Assembly (NCBI GenBank): GCA_019751815.1
Contig: JAIEMW010000005.1
Span: 2,603-66,602, forward strand
Source: Cyanobacteriota bacterium
Lineage (GTDB): Bacteria; Cyanobacteriota; Vampirovibrionia; Vampirovibrionales; Vampirovibrionaceae
Length of the DNA: 64,000 nucleotides
Reading direction: 5' to 3'
Each line of letters opens with the position of its first letter. Position 1 is the stretch's first letter. This document shows positions 57,119 through 64,000 of the stretch, piece by piece. A program made the position numbers and the translations under genes. The notes beneath the pieces were generated by a model. The model searched no databases. It had not been told where the DNA came from and saw only the letters and a program-made list of their open reading frames with translations.

Positions 57119-57589
57119 TTACTTTTTTAACGCTGATAAGGCTTTTTCGGTAAAGTCAACTTCGGGGGAGATACTCAGCGAGGTGTCTTGTTCTTTACTT
57201 ATGGAAACAATGACACTGAGGTGATGCTCTTTTCGAAGGGTGTCTAATAGGGCTTGGTATCGAACCGGGCTGAGCCGGGGTAGGGTTGAGAAGAGTTTTT
57301 GTTCTCGGACAAAACCAATATTGGGGCCAAGGGGTTGCATAGAGCCCGGGGGCTGCATCAGACCGGGGAAAAAGAAGAAAAGCGCCAGGGGCAACAACGG
57401 GATGAGCATCATCGGGCCTGCCATGTTGGGGCCGGGCATAAAAGGGCCGGGCATTGTAGGCGGCATGTCGCCAGGCTGTTTTTGGGGCGAAAAAAACCTA
57501 GCAATAATCAACGGTAGGCCGATAAAGAGGACCGGCATCAGCATGGGCAAAAGAAGAGGCTGGAAAAGGCTAAAATTCTCTGGCATCAT
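57119..57589 (-). CDS. Met/Pro-rich membrane protein (156 aa)
   Basis: Hydrophobic helices flank MPPTMPGPFMPGPNMAGPMM and PPGSMQPLGP. It lies 46 nt downstream of cysE on the same strand. Confidence 0.5.
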   Translation of the reverse strand: MMPENFSLFQPLLLPMLMPVLFIGLPLIIARFFSPQKQPGDMPPTMPGPFMPGPNMAGPMMLIPLLPLALFFFFPGLMQPPGSMQPLGPNIGFVREQKLFSTLPRLSPVRYQALLDTLRKEHHLSVIVSISKEQDTSLSISPEVDFTEKALSALKK

Positions 57590-57635
57590 AAATAAGACTT
57601 TTTAAGACTTTCTGTAAAACTTTCGGTTTTTCTTC

Positions 57636-58169
57636 TCAACTGAGTATAGGCAGCTCTCGGGGTTTGATCTTGGCAGGAATGCCCACGGCAATGCTTTCGG
57701 CTGGAACATCGTTTAACACAACAGAGCCAGCCCCAATCATGGACTTTTCACCAATCTCAATATTGCCGAGTATTTTGGCGCTAGCCCCCACAATCACCTG
57801 ATTGCCCAGCGTGGGATGCCGTTTGTCGGGTGATAGACTAATCCCCCCCAGTGTCACGCCTTGATACAGGGTAATATCATCGCCTAAAACGCTTGTTTCT
57901 CCAATCACGACCCCCATGCCGTGATCGATAAACAGCCGGCGACCAATACGGGCACCGGGGTGTATCTCAACCCCCGTCAAAAAGCGGACCCAGTGAGCAC
58001 CAATTCTGGCGACCAGCTTGAACCCTCCCTGCCAAAGTAAATGAAGAACACGGTGTGCCCAGACCGCATGGAGTCCTGGGTAGCAGAGTAAGACTTCCAG
58101 CCAGTGCCGAGCGGCCGGGTCTTTCTTCAAGACGGTTGCAATATCTTCTCTGAGTGAAGTAAACAGCAT
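57636..58169 (-). CDS. cysE: Serine O-acetyltransferase
   Basis: Hexapeptide-repeat core [39 protein letters not shown] moved the start to ATG 58169, directly after the cysK stop (58171..58173). Confidence 0.9.
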   Translation of the reverse strand: MLFTSLREDIATVLKKDPAARHWLEVLLCYPGLHAVWAHRVLHLLWQGGFKLVARIGAHWVRFLTGVEIHPGARIGRRLFIDHGMGVVIGETSVLGDDITLYQGVTLGGISLSPDKRHPTLGNQVIVGASAKILGNIEIGEKSMIGAGSVVLNDVPAESIAVGIPAKIKPRELPILS

Positions 58170-58170
58170 T

Positions 58171-59136
58171 TTAGACAGGCACTGCAGCCATCTGGGCGGC
58201 CTCAGCACGTAAATCATCAAACAGCACGGTGGATAAATAGCGCTCCCCAAAACTGGGAATGATCACCACAATCAGTTTATCTTTGTATGCGGCTCGCTTT
58301 CCAAGCTCAACAGCAGCATAAACGGCTGCGCCAGAAGAGATCCCAACCAGCAGGCCTTCTTCTTTGGCCAGTCGCTTGGCCATCGTAATGGCTTGATCGT
58401 TACTCACTTGAACAATCTCACTCAGCAGAGAGGTGTCCAGGATGCCGGGAACAAAGCCTGCGCCAATGCCTTGAATTTTATGAGGCCCCGCTTGTCCGCC
58501 AGAAAGCACTGGGCTGTCTGTGGGCTCAACAGCAATCAATTGGACACTCGGCTTTTGGCTGCGCAGATAGGCCCCGCAACCCGTCATGGTGCCACCAGTG
58601 CCAATGCCAGAAACCAACGCATCAATCTGCCCGTCGGTATCCTGCCAAATTTCGGGTCCTGTGCTTCGATGGTGTATTTCGGGGTTGGCTGAATTCTCAA
58701 ATTGCTGGAGCATATAGGCATTGGGGGTTGTTTTCAGCAAGGCTTCGGCCTGCTGAACCGCACCGGTCATCCCTTTGCTGCCAGGTGTTAGCACCACTTC
58801 AGCGCCAAAAGCGCGCAAGACAATGCGGCGTTCCACACTCATCGTCTCCGGCATGGTTAAAATCAACCGGTACCCTTTTACGGCTGCGGCAAAGGCCAGA
58901 GCAACCCCAGTATTGCCACTGGTAGGCTCTATTAAGGTGGTTTCTCCTGGAAAAATCAGTCCTGAGTTTTCCGCGGCCTCAATCATCGCAACGCCAATGC
59001 GGTCTTTGACGCTGTTGCAGGGCTCCATACTTTCCAGTTTACCCACAATGGTAGCCCCACACCCTTCTGTTACCCGGTTTAATTTCACCAAAGGGGTGTT
59101 GCCAATCAGTTGCGTCACGTCTTGTGCAATCTTCAT
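58171..59136 (-). CDS. cysK: Cysteine synthase A (O-acetylserine sulfhydrylase)
   Basis: LIGNTPLV, the PLP-lysine motif NSVKDRIG, and GTGGT. I moved the start to ATG 59136 ([17 protein letters not shown]). ATG 59157 or 59169 are also possible. Confidence 0.9.
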   Translation of the reverse strand: MKIAQDVTQLIGNTPLVKLNRVTEGCGATIVGKLESMEPCNSVKDRIGVAMIEAAENSGLIFPGETTLIEPTSGNTGVALAFAAAVKGYRLILTMPETMSVERRIVLRAFGAEVVLTPGSKGMTGAVQQAEALLKTTPNAYMLQQFENSANPEIHHRSTGPEIWQDTDGQIDALVSGIGTGGTMTGCGAYLRSQKPSVQLIAVEPTDSPVLSGGQAGPHKIQGIGAGFVPGILDTSLLSEIVQVSNDQAITMAKRLAKEEGLLVGISSGAAVYAAVELGKRAAYKDKLIVVIIPSFGERYLSTVLFDDLRAEAAQMAAVPV

Positions 59137-59242
59137 GAGCGAGCCGTCTTCTTTCATATCTAAGATCATATCTAGGATTTGTGGAAGCGATTTGCCTCCA
59201 TTCTCGTTAAAAGAAGCGGGGCTGTCTATCAATTGTGAGGAG

Positions 59243-60112
59243 TTAGGAGACCTTAAACTGAGCCATTTTTCGGCGTTGATGTTCAGCTTTGAGCCCGGCA
59301 TAGACATTGTCAGGTATATGCAGCCGGCTGAGTGCGGTGTTGTAGCTTTCGTGAACCCCATGAAAGTCTGTGCCGCCGGTCACAATCAGATCGTACTTTT
59401 CAGCCATTGTGCAGTAAAACTCAATCACAGGAGGGGTGTGGCGTTTGTGATAGGCTTCCAACCCCCGAAGTCCGTAATCAATCAATTCCACAACCAACTC
59501 TTCAATCCCTTGCATGTCTGAAGGGTGAGCAATCACGGGGATGCCACCACTGTCGTAGATGGCTTCAACTGCTTCGTGGGGACTCACCGTTTCTCTACGA
59601 ATAAACGTCGCTGATTTGGGGGTGAGATAACGAGAAAAAGCTTCAGAAATTGAGGGAACACCGGCTTTTTCGACCAGGGCCTTGGCCACATGGGGCCTCC
59701 CCAGAGAGCCTTGTTCGTGTGAAAGGCTTAAAATATCCTCATAACTCACATTCAGCTTGGCTTCCTGGAGCTTGTTGGTCATCTGACGAATCTGGTTTTT
59801 ACGGGCTTCTCGGTGTTTTTCAATCACCGCACGTAACTCAGGTGCTTGGGTATCAATATAAAACCCCAACACGTGCACTTCTTGGGCACCATAGGTGGGA
59901 GAATGCCAGACCGTATTGATTTCGATCCCTGGAATTACTTCCATCGGGCTTTCTTTGGAGGCTGCCAGCGCTTTGGCAATGGCAAAGGATTCTGTATTGT
60001 CGTGATCCGTGATCGCGATCGCCTCTAAACCATACTCAATGGCTTGTAAAATGATATCCTCCGCCTGGGAAGCCCCATCGGAAAAGGTGGTATGTAAATG
60101 TAAGTCAATCAT
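59243..60112 (-). CDS. PHP-domain metal-dependent phosphoesterase
   Basis: N-terminal [13 protein letters not shown], later His motifs (ITDHD, IAHP) and GGTDFHG. Confidence 0.85.
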   Translation of the reverse strand: MIDLHLHTTFSDGASQAEDIILQAIEYGLEAIAITDHDNTESFAIAKALAASKESPMEVIPGIEINTVWHSPTYGAQEVHVLGFYIDTQAPELRAVIEKHREARKNQIRQMTNKLQEAKLNVSYEDILSLSHEQGSLGRPHVAKALVEKAGVPSISEAFSRYLTPKSATFIRRETVSPHEAVEAIYDSGGIPVIAHPSDMQGIEELVVELIDYGLRGLEAYHKRHTPPVIEFYCTMAEKYDLIVTGGTDFHGVHESYNTALSRLHIPDNVYAGLKAEHQRRKMAQFKVS

Positions 60113-60310
60113 GAAAAGGTCATAGAAGCCTTCGCAGTGTTATTTAAGTAGGGTTATAAAATCCATTTTAGCACTCGCTATTGGGGAAATCTAGCCAGGT
60201 GGGGCACAAAAAAGGCAAAAAATAAGGCAACGCATTTCGTCTGTTAGGGCATCCAGATGCCTAACAAGCGCTGTATACTCAGTATTTTCAGACGAAAAGT
60301 AGTGTGCCTT

Positions 60311-60319
60311 TGTTATAAT
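60311..60319 (+). promoter_or_regulatory. Extended -10 promoter element (TGTTATAAT) upstream of the EncFtn-encapsulin operon
   Basis: TGnTATAAT read directly, about 73 nt upstream of ATG 60392. An alternative weaker promoter is TAGACT-N18-GATACT at 60340..60369. Confidence 0.4.
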
Positions 60320-60391
60320 ATTCCCCCGATTCAGATTTTTAGACTGTTCGCGGTCTTGATTCAGATACTTTTATTAAGGAGCCACACTGAG

Positions 60392-60808
60392 ATGACGGCC
60401 ACGCCCAATTCCTCTCTAGACTCAAATAATGGCCATTTGGCCTTGTTACAAGCTGACTTTGAGCGGGTCGAAAAGTTTAAAGAACATATTCAACTAATGC
60501 ACGATCTCGCCAGCGATCCCACCCAAAAGGTGATGTTTGCCCACTTGCTGGATGAAGAAGCAGAGCATGTGGCCTCTTTGCAAGAGTTAATCCGCCAGGC
60601 CCAGGCCCCTGGGATTTCTCATTCGGCAAGTCATTCGGCGAGTCATCATAGAGACGTCGATCACACGCTGACGGTTGCCGGAACAGTCTCTGGCCATCAC
60701 GCGGACGCGAGCACAGCAAAATCTGAGTCAGCAGACCCACAAGGCCATTTTAAGCGCCGGGACCAAAACATTCTGACAGTGGGAAGCCTGATTGGTCATC
60801 GTAATTAA
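60392..60808 (+). CDS. Encapsulated ferritin-like protein (EncFtn-type cargo) with a C-terminal encapsulin targeting peptide
   Basis: I set the start at ATG 60392, which has AAGGAG upstream. Ferritin-like ExxH segment (AHLLDEEAEHVASLQELI), a His/Ser-rich linker, and a C-terminal LTVGSLIGHRN resembling GSL-type cargo-loading peptides. It lies immediately upstream of the shell gene. Confidence 0.8.
   Translation: MTATPNSSLDSNNGHLALLQADFERVEKFKEHIQLMHDLASDPTQKVMFAHLLDEEAEHVASLQELIRQAQAPGISHSASHSASHHRDVDHTLTVAGTVSGHHADASTAKSESADPQGHFKRRDQNILTVGSLIGHRN
60619..60642 (+). repeat. 12-bp in-frame tandem repeat in the EncFtn linker (SHSA x2)
   Basis: tcattcggcaag followed by tcattcggcgag, read directly. 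Confidence 0.85.
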
Positions 60809-60835
60809 GTTTAATTGAAAGGGTAGCAAGCCATT

Positions 60836-61708
60836 ATGCTGGATTTTTTAAGCCATAACGAAGCCCCCATTAGTGATGTGCAGTGGGATGAGATTGATCA
60901 GACCGTGATCGAAGTCGCCCGACGTGGGCTGGTGGGACGGCGTTTTATCGAAATTTACGGCCCCTTGGGCGCAGGGGCCCAATGGGTCGCACTCGACCGT
61001 TTTGATGACGGGGAAGTGGGTGGAAAACCCGGACATATTGACTTCCTCGGCGAAGACGGTGGCACAGCGCTCGTGACGGCCAGCCGGGTGAATATGCATA
61101 TTCCGCTGATTTATAAAGATTTTGTCCTGTTCTGGCGGGATGTGGAAGCCAGCCGTAAATTTAATATTCCGCTGGACTTTTCCGCGGCTGCGGCCGGCGC
61201 GGCGGCCTGTGCCCGTGCAGAAGATGAAATGATTTTTCTGGGCTATAAAGATAAATCCAAGCAGATTGACTACCCGGGGCTGCTGACCGTTGAAGGACGG
61301 CAAAGTATCCAGCACGGAAACTGGGATGAGCCAGGAGCCGTTTTTGGCGATGTGGTAAAAGCTACGGAAAAGCTGGCTTCTGCCGGCCATTACGGACCCT
61401 ACGTGATGGTGGCGCCGCCGCAAATTCACTCCAAAATTCATCGTTATGTAAATACCACCGGGATGATGGAAATTGAGTACATTCGCCAACTCGCCACAGA
61501 CGGGGTGTTTTTCTCTTCTGTGATTCCAGAAAACCGGATTTTAGTGGCCTCTACTGGGGTGCAGAATTTTGATTTGGCCATCGGCCAAGACCTGAAAACG
61601 GCGTATCTGGGTGCGCAAAATATGAATCACCCCTTCCGGGTGTTTGAGACCATTGTCTTGCGGATTAAACGCCCTGGCGCCATTTGCGTGATCGAAGGCA
61701 AGAAATAG
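60836..61708 (+). CDS. Family 1 encapsulin nanocompartment shell protein (HK97 fold, linocin M18-like)
   Basis: N-terminal pattern APISDVQWDEIDQTVIEVARRGLVGRRF and C-terminal LAIGQDLKTAYLGAQ...FRVFETIVLRIKRPGAICVI. Both are collinear with the T. maritima-type encapsulin as I remember it. Confidence 0.9.
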   Translation: MLDFLSHNEAPISDVQWDEIDQTVIEVARRGLVGRRFIEIYGPLGAGAQWVALDRFDDGEVGGKPGHIDFLGEDGGTALVTASRVNMHIPLIYKDFVLFWRDVEASRKFNIPLDFSAAAAGAAACARAEDEMIFLGYKDKSKQIDYPGLLTVEGRQSIQHGNWDEPGAVFGDVVKATEKLASAGHYGPYVMVAPPQIHSKIHRYVNTTGMMEIEYIRQLATDGVFFSSVIPENRILVASTGVQNFDLAIGQDLKTAYLGAQNMNHPFRVFETIVLRIKRPGAICVIEGKK

Positions 61709-61730
61709 CTTTAATTTAAATAGGGATAGT

Positions 61731-62102
61731 TTATGCCCTGTTCGCCTGAATAAAGGCGAGCAGGGTTTCTAGCGCTTCTGGGAAGCCGTTGACTGTCGTT
61801 TGGTAGGCGTCTAAGTGCCAGACCCCCTTGGCGTCCTGGTGGTTCAGGTAGATGTCATATCCCAGTGCTGGGGTCTCATTGAGTGTACGACGGCTCCGCA
61901 AAATGTACTCAAAATGCGTCTCTCCAGAGACGTGATCGTTCCAGACGTCTTCGAGATACAGCTCAAACTCAGGGGCCAGGTTGTTGTTTACCCAGGAGCG
62001 AATACTATTCAGCTGTGCATACGCATCCGGGGTGTCTGCCATGATGCGTTGCAGGGCGTCTTGAATCTCTTGGAGACTGGGAAAGTGAGTGGAATGCTTC
62101 AT
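61731..62102 (-). CDS. Hypothetical protein (123 aa)
   Basis: ORF convergent with the encapsulin gene. I moved the start to ATG 62102 (MKHSTHFPSLQEI). No motif recognised. Confidence 0.45.
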   Translation of the reverse strand: MKHSTHFPSLQEIQDALQRIMADTPDAYAQLNSIRSWVNNNLAPEFELYLEDVWNDHVSGETHFEYILRSRRTLNETPALGYDIYLNHQDAKGVWHLDAYQTTVNGFPEALETLLAFIQANRA

Positions 62103-62316
62103 TGGTCTTTCTGTAAACACAGTGAACAGGTGTAAAAACTCATAGACAGCCACTTGTTTTACGGCTATCGTAATAGCAATTGCGTGGCGTCCACTTTCTC
62201 TTGTGTGGCCTTTTTACGGCATGGTCTGTGGCATGGTCTCATGATAACCGCGTGTCGTCACGGCAATTGATGCGATATGGAATGAGTTGTGTCCAAACGA
62301 AAAGGGTCTGTAATCT

Positions 62317-63180
62317 ATGGCGATACATCACACAGCAGAAGCTGAACAGCGATCGACTGCTGTATCTGGCGCATTGTTAGACGTTCAAGGGCTGCCGGAC
62401 GAACGGGGAATTGACTTAAAACGCGTGGGTGTGAGCCGGGTGGATATCCCGATGCAGATTCTGCAAGCAGACGGACATTACCAAACGGTGACTGCAAAAG
62501 CCACAATGAGTGTTGGCTTACCCAAAGAGCATAAGGGTACCCACATGTCCCGTTTTATCATTCAATTGAGTGAGTGGAGTCGCGGAAAAGTCATCAGTAT
62601 GCACTTGCCAGAGTTTATGGCAGAGGCACAAGAGCGCCTGAATGCCACAACAGCTCAATTAGACTTAACCTTTCAGTATTTTGTGGAAAAAGCTGCCCCA
62701 GTGACCCGGCAAAGTGCCCCAATGGGATTTGTCTGCCGTCTGCAGGGACGAATCGACCAAGATGTCTTTACGATGGGCTTGGGGGTGACGGTGCCGATTG
62801 CGACACTCTGCCCTTGCAGCAAAGCCATTTCCAAATATGGTGCCCACAACCAGCGTGCTGAAGTGACGGCCAATCTGGTGGTGGCCTCAGAAGAGACGAA
62901 TCAACCCATGATCTGGTTTGAAGATGTCATCTCACTGTTGGAAGAGACGGCCTCTTGCCCGGTGTATCCGCTCTTGAAGCGAGAAGATGAAAAATATGTG
63001 ACTGAGCGGCAGTACGAAAATGCCAAATTTGTGGAAGATGTCATTCGTGATGCCACGCATTCTCTCAGAAAACTCCCCTCTGTCGCTGGCTTTTCGCTTG
63101 AAGTGGAAGCGCTGGAAAGCATTCATGGTCATAATGCCTGGACCTATCATGAAGAAGGCAGACAATTACCCCGCTTTTAG
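62317..63180 (+). CDS. folE2: GTP cyclohydrolase IB (FolE2/MptA family)
   Basis: Signature KGTHMSRF and the CPCSK motif. The length and block order fit GCYH-IB. Confidence 0.85.
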   Translation: MAIHHTAEAEQRSTAVSGALLDVQGLPDERGIDLKRVGVSRVDIPMQILQADGHYQTVTAKATMSVGLPKEHKGTHMSRFIIQLSEWSRGKVISMHLPEFMAEAQERLNATTAQLDLTFQYFVEKAAPVTRQSAPMGFVCRLQGRIDQDVFTMGLGVTVPIATLCPCSKAISKYGAHNQRAEVTANLVVASEETNQPMIWFEDVISLLEETASCPVYPLLKREDEKYVTERQYENAKFVEDVIRDATHSLRKLPSVAGFSLEVEALESIHGHNAWTYHEEGRQLPRF

Positions 63181-63192
63181 TAATGGAAAATT

Positions 63193-63699
63193 GTGACCCA
63201 AATGACCGTTGCGCTTCAGGATAATACGCACACCACAGCGAAAACCAACGTTGCGTTAACACCTGTGGTGAGTGTGGTCAAAAAAATTCGGTTTTCTGCC
63301 GCGCATTATTATTATTTACCCCAGCTCAGCGAGTCAGAAAATAAAGCCCGCTTTGGCCTGTGTGCCAATACTCACGGGCACGGTCATAACTACGATTTAT
63401 GCATTACGGTCTCTGGCCCGATGGATCCACAAACGGGGATGGTGGTGAATTTAAAAGATTTAAAACACATCCTCGAAGAGACGGTGATGCGCCAGTTTCA
63501 CTTTAAAAACATTAATTTAGATGTGCCCTATTTTAAGGATAAATTGCCCACCTTAGAGCATTTGGTGGTGTATTTTTGGCAGGAACTAAATAACGCACTC
63601 ACGCCGCTCTCACTGCAATTAAGCGCGCTGCGTTTGTATGAAGATGACACCTTATTTGTGGATTATTGGGGTGAAATAATGATAGAAGGACAGCAATGA
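63193..63699 (+). CDS. 6-pyruvoyl-tetrahydropterin / 6-carboxy-tetrahydropterin synthase family protein (paralogue 1)
   Basis: CANTHGHGHNYDL (Cx3HGH type) and RFSAAHYY. The start is uncertain (GTG 63193 or ATG 63202). Confidence 0.8.
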   Translation: MTQMTVALQDNTHTTAKTNVALTPVVSVVKKIRFSAAHYYYLPQLSESENKARFGLCANTHGHGHNYDLCITVSGPMDPQTGMVVNLKDLKHILEETVMRQFHFKNINLDVPYFKDKLPTLEHLVVYFWQELNNALTPLSLQLSALRLYEDDTLFVDYWGEIMIEGQQ

Positions 63700-63714
63700 T
63701 AGAAGGACAGCAAT
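63681..63714 (+). repeat. Perfect 17-bp tandem duplication GATAGAAGGACAGCAAT x2 at the junction of the two PTPS genes
   Basis: Read directly. Copy 1 encodes the last codons and stop of paralogue 1. Copy 2 supplies the GAAGGA RBS and the ATG of paralogue 2. Confidence 0.9.
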
Positions 63715-64000
63715 GATGACGTCTCTATTGGCGCGAAAACCCACAGTGTATCTAACCCGCAGTTATGATTTTTCAGCCAGTCACCGTCTGTATAACCCCA
63801 CTTTTACAGATGAAGATAACTGGTCCGTCTTTCGCCAGTGCAATAATCCAAACGGGCACGGGCATAATTATGAGTTGGAAGTGACCTTGTCTGGGATTCC
63901 TGATCTGGAAAACGGCATGATTGCAGATTTAACCGTGTTAGATGCCTGGATCCAGAATGCCGTTATTCTGCCGATGGATCATAAGCACTTAAATATGGAT
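63713..64000 (+). CDS. 6-pyruvoyl-tetrahydropterin synthase family protein (paralogue 2), 3' end outside window
   Basis: My translation from ATG 63713: MMTSLLARKPTVYLTRSYDFSASHRLYNP...QCNNPNGHGHNYELEVTL. The CNNPNGHGHNY block is the classical PTPS signature. GAAGGA lies 6 nt upstream. The frame runs off the window. Confidence 0.8.
   Translation, partial: MMTSLLARKPTVYLTRSYDFSASHRLYNPTFTDEDNWSVFRQCNNPNGHGHNYELEVTLSGIPDLENGMIADLTVLDAWIQNAVILPMDHKHLNMD

Noticed and set aside
58775-59521. 248-aa plus-strand ORF spanning cysK and the PHP gene
   Set aside because: It crosses two well-supported minus-strand genes and their intergenic region, and has no motif. It is a shadow ORF.
60848-61489. 213-aa ORF antisense to the encapsulin shell gene
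   Set aside because: The plus-strand frame has clear encapsulin N- and C-terminal blocks and an operon context. The antisense translation is featureless.
62184-62215. Hairpin plus T5 upstream of folE2 as a possible riboswitch terminator (THF/preQ1-type)
   Set aside because: Only a 4-bp CCAC/GTGG stem (plus two bulged pairs) can be formed. I could not match any riboswitch core I know. The evidence is too weak to call.
1-64000. CRISPR arrays, prophage, transposons, integrases and defence islands
   Set aside because: I saw no direct-repeat/spacer arrays; the only tandem repeats are 12-17 bp duplications. I saw no transposase, integrase or recombinase-like ORFs, and no flanking tRNA. The unknown genes are embedded singly or in small groups among housekeeping genes.

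Overview
A densely coding chromosomal stretch with about 60 protein genes. I found no rRNA, tRNA, CRISPR array, transposase or integrase. All calls come from reading the ORF translations and the DNA by eye; no search or computation was run.

Most genes are recognisable housekeeping: feoAB, thrC-hom, mutY, an acyl-CoA ligase, ispE-rsmA-glucokinase, nnr, pckA, rlmN, lexA, cysK-cysE, folE2 plus two PTPS/QueD paralogues, a two-gene pyruvate:ferredoxin oxidoreductase, a sensor kinase/LuxR-type regulator pair, an M16 peptidase, proline iminopeptidase and SpoIID.

Parts worth a second look:
1. 40.5-44.7 kb, minus strand: a chain of stop/start-overlapping ORFs, including two probably paralogous membrane proteins, with no motif I can place.
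2. 52.6-53.9 kb: one polypeptide built from four tandem GntR-type winged-helix domains with no effector domain.
3. 54.5-57.6 kb: an AT-rich-spaced group of Gly/Pro/His-rich EF-hand proteins around a TetR gene, followed by a Met/Pro-rich membrane protein.
4. Several intergenic regions carry a recurrent TAGAC/GTCTA box, often as inverted repeats.
5. 60.4-61.7 kb: a classical family-1 encapsulin with an encapsulated-ferritin cargo.
6. Just downstream of lexA: an unlisted 37-aa hydrophobic ORF.
7. A 303-aa unknown ORF is translationally coupled to the PFOR genes.

The source organism cannot be determined from this window. Gene content fits a Gram-negative-type bacterium (outer-membrane porin-like genes, SpoIID, HEAT/PBS-lyase-like repeats), but that is inference only. 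Start codons are often uncertain because the ORF track takes the most upstream ATG/GTG/TTG. Where I moved a start, I used a visible Shine-Dalgarno-like element or a stop/start overlap.
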